A stretch of DNA of 64,000 nucleotides from Chitinophagaceae bacterium (GCA_044223995.1 JBGALE010000010.1:65561-129560); one strand, 5' to 3'. Positions 48,454 to 56,714 are shown, counted from the stretch's first letter. The notes: generated by a model not told the origin, from the sequence alone. Made by a program: numbers and translations.

Positions 48454-48461
48454 TACTTTTG
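48454..48461 (+). promoter_or_regulatory. candidate -7 promoter box TACTTTTG with TTG about 20 nt upstream
   Basis: Exact TAnnTTTG match at 48454-48461, with TTG at 48431-48433. Lies just 5' of conserved block A and roughly 380 nt upstream of the ATG at 48840. Confidence 0.4.
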
Positions 48462-48482
48462 CAGAAAATAAAAGCTCTTTGT

Positions 48483-48676
48483 GAAAAATGGAAGTTGACC
48501 GGTTCCTGGTGTTGCCTGGTTTCAGGGATATTGGAAATTATTTTTGTTGGACGGTATTGGACACTGGATGGTTTGTGGCGGTATTCCCGGTACCAATCAA
48601 CTTCAGAACAAAAATAGAACTGTTAATACCCCTTAACAAGAGCAGAACTGCTGAATTTTCACGATGCAGTATTTAC
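48483..48676 (+). other. conserved non-coding block, copy A (upstream of orphan response regulator)
   Basis: Colinear with 50001-50194. Shared runs, in the same order: gaagttga, ggtttca, ggatattg, tggacggt, ggaca[c/t]tggatggttt, caatcaactt, aacaaaa, acaagagcaga, cagtatttac. Gaps of 1-3 nt break any common reading frame. Confidence 0.55.
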
Positions 48677-48839
48677 AACGGTTATCGTAAAATTGCAGGG
48701 GTTGTTACTAGTAAGTTTACTAGTTTTTTGGAAGGAAGTTCTTATGCAATCAATATTCGCACATAGCAACAATTGAAACTACAATTGCGCAAATGTGTAA
48801 CGTAAAAACCAATGACCACATAACTAACCCAAATTCCTT

Positions 48840-49499
48840 ATGAGTGCAGAATTACAAATCAAAGTATGTATTGCTGACGACCACAAAATTTTTCGAGACG
48901 GCATTAAGATGGCCCTGAAAGGTAAAGAATACCTCAAAATCCTCTGGGAAGCAGAAGATGGCAAGGACCTGATGCATAAAATGCAAATTAAAAAACCGGA
49001 TGTATTACTAATGGACATCCGCATGCCCGAAGTAGATGGCATCAACGCCATTGGTTTACTTAGAAAAGAATACGAAGATGTAAAGATCATTGTGCTCACC
49101 ATGTATGATGACCAGGAGATGATTAGTAAAATGATGGAAATGGGCGCCAATGCCTACCTGACTAAAACCACCGACCCTGAAGAGATTTACCAGGCTATCC
49201 TCACCTGCATGAATGATGACTTTTACTTCAACGATCTCGTGAATAAAGCTGTCTTGTCTAAACTGCAAACAAAAAGACAGGTTCGGCAATTTTATCCAAA
49301 CCCTGTAAAGTTTTCAGAGAAAGAAGTTCGTATACTAAAACTACTGGCAGAGGATAAAACAACAGAAGAAATTTCAAAGGAAGTTTATCTCAGTCCACGC
49401 ACTGTTGAAACCATCCGGCAAAACATGAAAACAAAAGTGGGCGCTAAAACCATCGCGGGTCTGATCATGTATGGTATGCGTAATAAGTTAATTGATTGA
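48840..49499 (+). CDS. orphan NarL/LuxR-family response regulator (paralog A)
   Basis: IKVCIADDHKIFRDG, DVLLMDIRMPEVDG, FSEKEVRILKLLAEDKTTEEISKEVYLSPRTVETIRQNMKTKVG. No adjacent kinase. Confidence 0.9.
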   Translation: MSAELQIKVCIADDHKIFRDGIKMALKGKEYLKILWEAEDGKDLMHKMQIKKPDVLLMDIRMPEVDGINAIGLLRKEYEDVKIIVLTMYDDQEMISKMMEMGANAYLTKTTDPEEIYQAILTCMNDDFYFNDLVNKAVLSKLQTKRQVRQFYPNPVKFSEKEVRILKLLAEDKTTEEISKEVYLSPRTVETIRQNMKTKVGAKTIAGLIMYGMRNKLID

Positions 49500-50000
49500 T
49501 GAGATGATGGATTACTGTTTCTCCCAGTTACCCGGGCCATTCTTGTCAAGTCTTTTCAGGTATATCATATAATTTATCCCGGTCTTTTGGTACGGGCACA
49601 AAAAAGCCTGCTTTTTTTTGCAACGCATGGCTTAAGTAAACCCAGAAAGCATTCTACACCACAACACCTCACCATCTATCTTCGGCTCATTGTCAATTAC
49701 ACAGATGATCTGGCATTATTCGCTTTCGCTACTTCATTATCTCGTCACAAGTAAAAAGCAGGCACATATCGTAAGGAAAGAACTGTAAAAATTAGGATAA
49801 GGTTTTCAGGGGATCCTGGATTCAAATTCTTTGAAGGATACTAATCCGATCCGGGCATTCATAGGGTTGGATTGCGTGAAAATCTTTTGAAAAGGGTATT
49901 TACGGATGTACACAGGATAATGGAAAATGGAAAGCAGTCTTTCAGGAGGATAGCGGAAAACGGGCTTGGAATTGGATGTTGGTGCTTTTCAAGGGAATTG

Positions 50001-50194
50001 GAAAAAAGAAGTTGATTGACATTGGACTTCGCCGGGTTTCAAAGGATATTGAACAAGTTTCTGGACGGTTATTTAGGACATTGGATGGTTTTATGAGGTT
50101 GCTAATCCTCGTCAATCAACTTGAAACAAAAGTACATGTGGACAACTATGTGGACAAGAGCAGATATGCCCTATTTTTTTTATTCAGTATTTAC
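50001..50194 (+). other. conserved non-coding block, copy B (upstream of second orphan response regulator)
   Basis: See copy A. Also contains the perfect tandem decamer ATGTGGACAA at 50136-50145 and 50148-50157. Confidence 0.55.
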
Positions 50195-50396
50195 TAAGCT
50201 TATAGTAAATCAACGATTTACCAAGTGTTTTCTTACTAGAGCTGGTTTCGGAAAAACACGAGCCAGAATCGTTTTTTAGTATATTCCGAAATAAGTTAAT
50301 TTCGTAGTTCTACCATAGTAGATATGACAAATTTTTATTCATTTTGCAGTAAGGCCCTGATGTATCTGTTGCCTTATGATACCCAAATGAATCCGT

Positions 50397-51068
50397 ATGA
50401 AAAGAATTGACCCCTCAAAACCAATCAAAGTAGCTATCGCCGACGACCACGCGTTGTTCCGGGCGGGTGTGAAAACATCCCTGGCCGCGCGTAAGGATAT
50501 AGAAATGATAGCGGAGGCCGATAACGGCATGCAATTGCTCAACCTCCTCAAACATGTGGAACCCGACGTCATCCTGCTGGACATTCAGATGCCCATTATG
50601 GATGGTATCACCACATTGCCAGAAATACGCAAGCTATATCCCGATGTTAAGGTCATAATCCTGTCCATGCACAACGACCATTCCATGATTTCCAAATTAA
50701 TGGAAGTGGGCGCCAACTCGTACCTGACCAAAAATTCAGACAGCGAGACCATCTACCAGGCTATTAAGACCTGCTTTGAACAGGAATTTTTCTTCAACGA
50801 ACTGACCAACAAAGCATTGCTTTCCGGTCTTCGCCACAAAAAAGTGGACCATATGCAGGAAGATGTACAGCTTTCCGATAAGGAACTGCGCGTGCTAAAA
50901 CTCATGTGCGAAGAAAAGACCACCAAGGAAATTGCCGACATCGTGGAAATCAGCCCCCGCACTGTTGAAGCAATCCGGGATAAACTGAAAACCAAAACCG
51001 GCGCCAAGAGCATGGCCGGACTGGTTATGTACGCTGTTAAGAATAATATACTGGACGAAGGGCGCTAA
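50397..51068 (+). CDS. orphan NarL/LuxR-family response regulator (paralog B)
   Basis: IKVAIADDHALFRAG, DVILLDIQMPIMDG, LSDKELRVLKLMCEEKTTKEIADIVEISPRTVEAIRDKLKTKTG. No adjacent kinase. Confidence 0.9.
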   Translation: MKRIDPSKPIKVAIADDHALFRAGVKTSLAARKDIEMIAEADNGMQLLNLLKHVEPDVILLDIQMPIMDGITTLPEIRKLYPDVKVIILSMHNDHSMISKLMEVGANSYLTKNSDSETIYQAIKTCFEQEFFFNELTNKALLSGLRHKKVDHMQEDVQLSDKELRVLKLMCEEKTTKEIADIVEISPRTVEAIRDKLKTKTGAKSMAGLVMYAVKNNILDEGR

Positions 51069-51119
51069 TAATAGATACGCCCGTCCCTGTAAATAATCAG
51101 ATCGATCCCTTTAACATTC

Positions 51120-51146
51120 GTCCCGGCAGATGCCGGGACTTTTTTA
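51120..51146 (+). terminator. rho-independent terminator
   Basis: GTCCCGG-cagatg-CCGGGAC followed by TTTTTT. Confidence 0.85.
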
Positions 51147-51160
51147 TTTTCGGTACTAGT

Positions 51161-52000
51161 ATGACCCACTACCTTTTATTTAACGGCAAATTTTCCCCGA
51201 ACGACACTCCCCTGCTACAGGCCGATAACCGTGGCTTCCGCTACGGTGACGGATTGTTTGAAACCATGAGGTGGTCACACGGAGCCGTATTGCTGGGGGA
51301 ATTCCACATGGATCGATTGTTTAACGGACTTCGCCAATTACAATTTGATATACCTGCATTATTTACCTCTGCAACAGTAATGGAACAGGTGAAACGCCTT
51401 TGTGAAAAAAACCGGCAATCAACTGCCAGAGTGCGGTTAACCGTCTTTCGGGGCAACGGGGGTTTGTATGATCCCGAAAATCACTTTCCCAATACCATTA
51501 TTCAATCCTGGCCACTGCCCCACGACCATTATGCATTGAATGAAAACGGGCTTGTACTGGGTGTTTATCCAGATGCAAGAAAATCTGCCGACTTATTTTC
51601 ACACCTGAAATCAAACAATTACCTCCCCTATTATATGGCTGCCCTGTTTGCAAAACAACAGCGATGGAATGACGCACTGATCTTAAACAACAATGGTAAT
51701 ATCTGCGATGCCACTATTGCGAATGTTTTCCTGGTTAAGAACAAAAAGATTTCAACGCCTGCGCTTTCCGAAGGAGGTGTAAGTGGTGTTATGCGCAGAT
51801 ACCTGTTGGAAAGTTTACCATCGGAAGGTTATACTATTGAAGAAACGAAAATTACCAAGAACGATATACTCGCAGCAGATGAACTTTTCCTTTCCAATGC
51901 TATTCGGGGTATTCAATGGGTACAACGTGTTGAAGAAAAAAGCTACAACAACCGGGAATGTATCAACATCTACAACAACCTGCTCAAAAAGATGTTGTAG
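51161..52000 (+). CDS. class IV aminotransferase fold, likely aminodeoxychorismate lyase
   Basis: DNRGFRYGDGLFETMR, ..FRGNGG.., HLKSNNYL (catalytic Lys region), GVSGVMR. 279 aa fits PabC-like proteins, but branched-chain/D-amino-acid transaminase is not excluded. Confidence 0.75.
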   Translation: MTHYLLFNGKFSPNDTPLLQADNRGFRYGDGLFETMRWSHGAVLLGEFHMDRLFNGLRQLQFDIPALFTSATVMEQVKRLCEKNRQSTARVRLTVFRGNGGLYDPENHFPNTIIQSWPLPHDHYALNENGLVLGVYPDARKSADLFSHLKSNNYLPYYMAALFAKQQRWNDALILNNNGNICDATIANVFLVKNKKISTPALSEGGVSGVMRRYLLESLPSEGYTIEETKITKNDILAADELFLSNAIRGIQWVQRVEEKSYNNRECINIYNNLLKKML

Positions 52001-52053
52001 ACCCCAACTTTACCAATGCTTTACTGTATTATTGGATGACTAAAACCTGATTG

Positions 52054-53367
52054 ATGCAGCCCATTGCCATTTGCTGGTTCAGAAGAGATTTGCGACTACA
52101 GGATAATGCTGCATTGTACCATGCACTCAAAAGTGGTTTACCAGTTCTGCCGCTATTTATTTTCGATAAAAATATTTTAGATGATTTGGAAGATGAATCA
52201 GACCAGCGCGTAGCATTTATTCATGATTCCCTGGAAAAAATACAGGCGCAACTCATCCAACTGGGGAGTAGTTTATTGGTGGAATACGGTCAACCAACCG
52301 ATGTTTACCAACAACTATTAAAGAGATATAAATTAGCGGCTGTTTTTACCAACCACGATTATGAACCATACGCCATTCAAAGAGATACAAGTATTGAAGC
52401 GCTGCTAACACAAAACGGCGCCAGCTTTCACAGTTATAAAGACCAGGTCATTTTCGAGAAAAAAGAAATAATGAAAGAGGATAGCAGTCCTTATTCTGTT
52501 TTTACCCCCTACAGCAGGAGATGGAAAGCTACCTTTCGTCCATTTCATATAAAGTCTTATCCCACAGAAAAATATTTTTCCGCACTAGTCACGCTGAAAC
52601 CATTATCGATACCCACTTTGAAATCATTAGGGTTCCAGCCGGCCAGCAACGAGTTTCCTTCGAGTACTGTTGATGAAGAGCTGCTTAAAAAATATCGTGA
52701 ACGAAGAGATTATCCTGCCATTAATGGAACAAGCAGGCTTGGCGTTCACCTTCGGTTTGGTACTATCAGCATTCGCCAGCTAGCCAGGAAAGCAATGGAC
52801 AGCAGCGAATCATTCCTGAACGAATTAATATGGCGCGATTTCTACCAAATGATATTGTGGAATTTTCCGCATGTAGGTAAGGGAAAAGCATTTCGGCCTG
52901 AATATGATTTTATCAAATGGAGAAACAATGAAACTGAATTTGAGCTTTGGCGCAATGGTATGACGGGTTATCCTATTGTGGATGCTGGCATGCGGGAATT
53001 AAACGCGACAGGTTATATGCACAACCGCGTGCGTATGATCACGGCCTCTTTTCTAACAAAGCATTTGCTCATCGACTGGCGCTGGGGCGAAGCTTATTTC
53101 GCAAAAAAATTGCTGGACTTTGATTTCGCATCAAATAATGGCGGCTGGCAATGGGCCAGTGGAAGTGGTTGCGATGCTGCGCCGTATTTCCGTATATTCA
53201 ATCCGACCCGGCAAACGGAGAACTTTGACAAGGACTTACAATATATCCGCAAATGGGTTCCGGAATTGGAAACATTCCATTACCCAAAACCTATTGTTGA
53301 TCATGTATTGGCAAGAAAACGTTGCCTGGAGACATACAGCCAGGCATTGAAAGGGAAAATGGTGTAA
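52054..53367 (+). CDS. deoxyribodipyrimidine photolyase / cryptochrome family
   Basis: IAICWFRRDLRLQDNAAL, TSRLGVHLRFGTIS, WRDFY, TGYPIVDAGMREL..TGYMHNRVRM, NNGGWQWASGSG. Confidence 0.9.
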   Translation: MQPIAICWFRRDLRLQDNAALYHALKSGLPVLPLFIFDKNILDDLEDESDQRVAFIHDSLEKIQAQLIQLGSSLLVEYGQPTDVYQQLLKRYKLAAVFTNHDYEPYAIQRDTSIEALLTQNGASFHSYKDQVIFEKKEIMKEDSSPYSVFTPYSRRWKATFRPFHIKSYPTEKYFSALVTLKPLSIPTLKSLGFQPASNEFPSSTVDEELLKKYRERRDYPAINGTSRLGVHLRFGTISIRQLARKAMDSSESFLNELIWRDFYQMILWNFPHVGKGKAFRPEYDFIKWRNNETEFELWRNGMTGYPIVDAGMRELNATGYMHNRVRMITASFLTKHLLIDWRWGEAYFAKKLLDFDFASNNGGWQWASGSGCDAAPYFRIFNPTRQTENFDKDLQYIRKWVPELETFHYPKPIVDHVLARKRCLETYSQALKGKMV

Positions 53368-53379
53368 CCGTATTATTTA

Positions 53380-54216
53380 TTACGAAATAAAAATGTCTTT
53401 GTAGCCAGTACTTAAGCCGTTCAACTGATTATATACTTTCAGCAATGTATGAACAGCATTTTTCCCATCACTGCCAAGTGAAATGGAGAAATTATTTACA
53501 TACAGGTCGATATGCTGCTTCATAACGCTTATTTCCATTTCCTGTGAGTGTTGCTTCACATAGTCAGGGATAACTGGATACTGCGTAAATGCGTATTCAA
53601 GACTTCTCCTGATAACGGTATCTACCTTGCTGACAATTGATTTGTCAAAGCTTCTTTTCATGACAATCCCACCCAATGGAATGGGCGAATGTGTCTGTGT
53701 TTCCCAATAAGTTCCTAAGTCAATAATTTTCTTTAGCCCTTTTTGTTCGTATGTAAAACGGTTTTCGTGAATGATCACACCGGCGTCAACTTGCTTGTTC
53801 AGCACAGCCTCTTCAATAGCAGAGAATATCATAAACACTTTATGAGCTGCTTGTGGATATGCCAGCGAAAACAACATATGCGCTGTGGTATGTTCACCCG
53901 GAATAGCAACCGTTTTACTTTCTATTGCTGTTGCTTCATGACCGATGGCATCTTTTGCAATCAGCAAAGGCCCCACACCCTTTCCCAGTGCACCGCCACT
54001 ATTCAATACCCAATAGTTTGACAATATCAAAGGCAAAACGCCATAACTTATTTTACTGATATCGAGTTTTTGTTCAATAGCCCAATTGTTCAGGGTTTGC
54101 ACATCTTCCAGAATCACTTCAAATTCCAAACCCTCTGTATCAATTGTATGATTGACCAGTGCATCGAAGATAAATGTATCGTTTGGACAGGGGGAAAACC
54201 CAAGTGTCAGTTTCAT
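53380..54216 (-). CDS. mqnD: 1,4-dihydroxy-6-naphthoate synthase (futalosine pathway)
   Basis: MKLTLGFSPCPNDTFIFDALV..., ISYGVLP. VitK2_biosynth (MqnA/MqnD) fold with the SPCPNDT motif I associate with MqnD. Overlaps mqnB by 4 nt. Confidence 0.8.
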   Translation of the reverse strand: MKLTLGFSPCPNDTFIFDALVNHTIDTEGLEFEVILEDVQTLNNWAIEQKLDISKISYGVLPLILSNYWVLNSGGALGKGVGPLLIAKDAIGHEATAIESKTVAIPGEHTTAHMLFSLAYPQAAHKVFMIFSAIEEAVLNKQVDAGVIIHENRFTYEQKGLKKIIDLGTYWETQTHSPIPLGGIVMKRSFDKSIVSKVDTVIRRSLEYAFTQYPVIPDYVKQHSQEMEISVMKQHIDLYVNNFSISLGSDGKNAVHTLLKVYNQLNGLSTGYKDIFIS

Positions 54217-54866
54217 AATGTATTAAACAGTCTGATGAGTTCATTGTTCAGATTGGCGATCGCAGCCTTCATATCCCAGTTCATCTTATTTCTTTCAGCG
54301 ATATAATTTGAAATACTTCTTATCTGCAGGAAGGGCACTTGTTCCATTAAACAGGTATAATGCAGTGCTGCGCCTTCCATACTTTCCACCACAGGTTCAA
54401 AATTGTCCTGGTAAAATTTTACCTTTTGTTTTGACGTAGTAATCTCGTTAACAGAAATTCCTCTCACTGCTTTCAAACCGGATGCTTTAATTAATTCCTT
54501 TCCCGGATTCACCAGCCAGCCTCTTTTAAAAGGAAACATATCCTGCGGCACCAGTTTTAAATCAAACAAAGTCTTTAATTCATTTAATTCGATGACGCTT
54601 TGATCGGCAATAGCTTCCTGTCTTATAGCGAGCACCGATCCAAGTGGTATTTTTTTTGAAAAACATCCCCCCACCCCTGCCTGGATAACCAGGTCAGGCT
54701 TGCCGAGGCTGAGCCGTTTTGAAATGGAATAGGTACTGCTGGTGAGTCCTATGCCAGAAACCAGCACATCGGTATGACCCGGCAAACCAATATGGGGGCC
54801 CGATTGCAAGTAATTTATAAAAGGCGCTATTTCAATGGGTGTCGCGGCTACCAGTAAACAATTCAT
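54213..54866 (-). CDS. mqnB: futalosine hydrolase (nucleosidase fold)
   Basis: MNCLLVAATPIEI..., SGIGLTSS, IQAGVGG, ESMEGAA. PNP_UDP_1-like motifs, plus adjacency to mqnD. Start at ATG 54866. Confidence 0.75.
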   Translation of the reverse strand: MNCLLVAATPIEIAPFINYLQSGPHIGLPGHTDVLVSGIGLTSSTYSISKRLSLGKPDLVIQAGVGGCFSKKIPLGSVLAIRQEAIADQSVIELNELKTLFDLKLVPQDMFPFKRGWLVNPGKELIKASGLKAVRGISVNEITTSKQKVKFYQDNFEPVVESMEGAALHYTCLMEQVPFLQIRSISNYIAERNKMNWDMKAAIANLNNELIRLFNTL

Positions 54867-54927
54867 AAGCTGTGATCTGTTGGGACAGGCAAATGTCTGC
54901 AATTCTGTACAAATGCCCTGTATGTAT

Positions 54928-54935
54928 TACCTTTG
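54928..54935 (+). promoter_or_regulatory. -7 promoter box TACCTTTG upstream of first PTPS gene
   Basis: Exact TAnnTTTG match, 53 nt before the ATG at 54989. Confidence 0.5.
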
Positions 54936-54988
54936 CGCCTCAACAAAATCCCCACTCCCAACGCAGTGGGATCATTAATAAGTGAAGC

Positions 54989-55399
54989 ATGGTTTACTTA
55001 ACCCGACTGGAGCATTTTAATGCCGCGCATAAATTATACAACCCCAACTGGAGCAGGGAACAGAACGAGGCCGTTTTTGGCGTTTGTGCCAATGAAAACT
55101 GGCATGGCCACAATTTTGATTTGTATGTTACCATTAAAGGCGAGGTAGATGAAGCCACCGGCTTTTTATTTGATGTAAAAAAATTAAGCAAGCTGATACT
55201 GGAGCATGTGGTGGAAAAACTCGATCATAAAAACCTTAACCTTGATGTTGATTTCCTGAAAGGGAAAATGTGCAGTACCGAGAACCTGGCAAAAGGTATC
55301 TGGCAGCAATTGAAGCCACACCTGCCTGCCCATGTTCAGTTACATTGTATAAAATTGTATGAAACACCCCGTATATACGTAGAATATTTTGGTGAATAA
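54989..55399 (+). CDS. 6-pyruvoyl-tetrahydropterin / 6-carboxy-tetrahydropterin synthase family (COG0720), paralog 1
   Basis: EHFNAAHKLYNP, FGVCANENWHGHNF (C-x5-HGH), LDHKNLNLD, KLYETPRIYVEY. Confidence 0.9.
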   Translation: MVYLTRLEHFNAAHKLYNPNWSREQNEAVFGVCANENWHGHNFDLYVTIKGEVDEATGFLFDVKKLSKLILEHVVEKLDHKNLNLDVDFLKGKMCSTENLAKGIWQQLKPHLPAHVQLHCIKLYETPRIYVEYFGE

Positions 55400-55579
55400 T
55401 CGCCACGGAAACTTTGAACAAATAACAGGAACAACTGTTATTAACTCTTCCATACCCGGCCAGGCTGAAAATATTCATTCAGGCGCCTATACACCGGACA
55501 ACCCATTTGATCGTAACAGAAGACCGGAATGTCGGGCAAACGACTTCCTGTATAAAGTGTTTATTTTATCTTGTAGATT

Positions 55580-55990
55580 ATGCCCAGAGTAGCAGTATAC
55601 AGAAAAGAGCATTTTAATGCGGCGCACCGCCTGAACAACCCAGCCTGGGATGCAGCGAAAAATGCCGAAGTATTTGGAAAATGCAACCTGCCGCATTATC
55701 ATGGCCATAATTATGAACTCATCGTGAGAGTGACGGGCGAACCGGATCCGCAAACCGGCTATGTTATGGATCTTAAAATACTCAGCGACCTGGTGAATGA
55801 AAAAGTGTTACTGCGTTTTGATCATAAAAACCTTAACCTGGATACGGCTGAGTTTAAAAACGTAAACCCAACTGCTGAAAATATTGCGATTGCCATTTAT
55901 GAATTATTAAGACCGCATATTGCTGCAACAAACGACTTGCAGGTTCGGTTATACGAGACAGAAAGAAATTTTGTCGAGTATCCTGCCTGA
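55580..55990 (+). CDS. 6-pyruvoyl-tetrahydropterin synthase family (COG0720), paralog 2, mammalian PTPS-like
   Basis: EHFNAAHRLNNP, FGKCNLPHYHGHNY (C-x5-HGH; compare mammalian FGKCNNPNGHGHNY from memory), FDHKNLNLD, RLYETERNFVEY. Confidence 0.9.
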   Translation: MPRVAVYRKEHFNAAHRLNNPAWDAAKNAEVFGKCNLPHYHGHNYELIVRVTGEPDPQTGYVMDLKILSDLVNEKVLLRFDHKNLNLDTAEFKNVNPTAENIAIAIYELLRPHIAATNDLQVRLYETERNFVEYPA

Positions 55991-56025
55991 TAAAGAAACA
56001 ACAAGACAAACTATAAACGTATTTC

Positions 56026-56622
56026 ATGGCTTATAAGAAAACAGAGACCTACGAAGATAAAATAACTTCCAACCTGGTAGAGAATTACCGGGAAACACTT
56101 TCACTGCTGGGTGAAGATCCTGCCAGGGAAGGATTGCAAAAAACACCCGAGCGTATTGCCAAGGCAATGCAATACCTTACCCAGGGTTACCAGATGGATG
56201 CACATGCCATTCTGAACAGCGCCAAGTTTCATGAAGCTGTCAGTGAAATGGTGATAGTAAAAGATATAGAGCTGTACAGTATGTGCGAACATCATATGCT
56301 TCCTTTTTACGGAAAAGCGCATGTGGCCTATATACCCAATGGTTATATTACCGGTTTGAGTAAGATAGCAAGGGTGGTGGATGTATATGCACGCAGGTTA
56401 CAGGTACAGGAGCGGCTCACACATCAAATCATGAACGCCATTAAAGAAACACTGAATCCTCTGGGCGTGGCCGTAGTAATTGAAGCTTCACATCTTTGTA
56501 TGATGATGCGTGGTGTTCAAAAGCAAAATTCAGTTACTACTACCTCAGCATTCTGGGGTGAGTTTGAAAAGAATGAAACCCGCAGTGAATTTATCCGCCT
56601 GATTGGTTCACACCTCCATTAA
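56026..56622 (+). CDS. folE: GTP cyclohydrolase I
   Basis: [64 protein letters not shown]. Confidence 0.95.
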   Translation: MAYKKTETYEDKITSNLVENYRETLSLLGEDPAREGLQKTPERIAKAMQYLTQGYQMDAHAILNSAKFHEAVSEMVIVKDIELYSMCEHHMLPFYGKAHVAYIPNGYITGLSKIARVVDVYARRLQVQERLTHQIMNAIKETLNPLGVAVVIEASHLCMMMRGVQKQNSVTTTSAFWGEFEKNETRSEFIRLIGSHLH

Positions 56623-56644
56623 TAGGTTTTAGTCAATATTTAAG

Positions 56645-56688
56645 AAGGTTTATTTGAAACTTATGGTTACTTCAAATAAACCTTTTTT
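56645..56688 (+). terminator. rho-independent terminator after folE
   Basis: 14-bp perfect stem AAGGTTTATTTGAA / TTCAAATAAACCTT (12-nt loop) followed by a T-run. Confidence 0.8.
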
Positions 56689-56695
56689 ATATTTG
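56688..56695 (+). promoter_or_regulatory. -7 promoter box TATATTTG upstream of fabD
   Basis: Exact TAnnTTTG match, 19 nt before the ATG at 56715. Confidence 0.55.
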
Positions 56696-56714
56696 ACGCA
56701 TCAATTGGCTGCAC

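Noticed and set aside
48488-48766. 92-aa ORF inside spacer A, and its counterpart 49976-50197 (73 aa) in spacer B, considered as a conserved small protein
   Set aside because: When the two DNA copies are aligned, the conserved nucleotide runs fall in different frames because of 1-2 nt indels. For example, ggtttca-ggg-atatt versus ggtttca-aagg-atatt, and 24 versus 26 nt before caatcaactt. Locally peptide-like matches (GRYWTLDGLWR versus GRLFRTLDGFMR) need a frame switch and run into a stop in copy A. Conservation is therefore at the nucleotide level.
49596-49763. 11-bp inverted repeat GCCTGCTTTTT (49606-49616) / AAAAAGCAGGC (49753-49763) flanking about 136 bp, considered as an invertible promoter switch. 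The left arm is also part of an A-run/T-run palindrome (49596-49621) that could be a weak terminator for regulator A.
   Set aside because: The repeat is short and AT-rich, so a chance occurrence is plausible. There is no site-specific recombinase in the window and no obvious promoter inside the segment. The palindrome stem is almost all A-T, so the terminator call is weak too. Read-pair orientation in sequencing data would settle it.
50339-50584. 81-aa minus-strand ORF overlapping the start of response regulator B
   Set aside because: It is antisense to a well-supported receiver domain and is a shadow ORF.
54951-54970. Hairpin CCCACT-cccaacgc-AGTGGG in the leader of the first PTPS/QueD-family gene, considered as a preQ1 riboswitch
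   Set aside because: The 3' tail (AUCAUUAAUAAGUGAAGC) lacks the A-rich tract and pseudoknot complementarity I associate with preQ1-I. I cannot confirm any riboswitch class by eye. An Rfam cmscan would be decisive.
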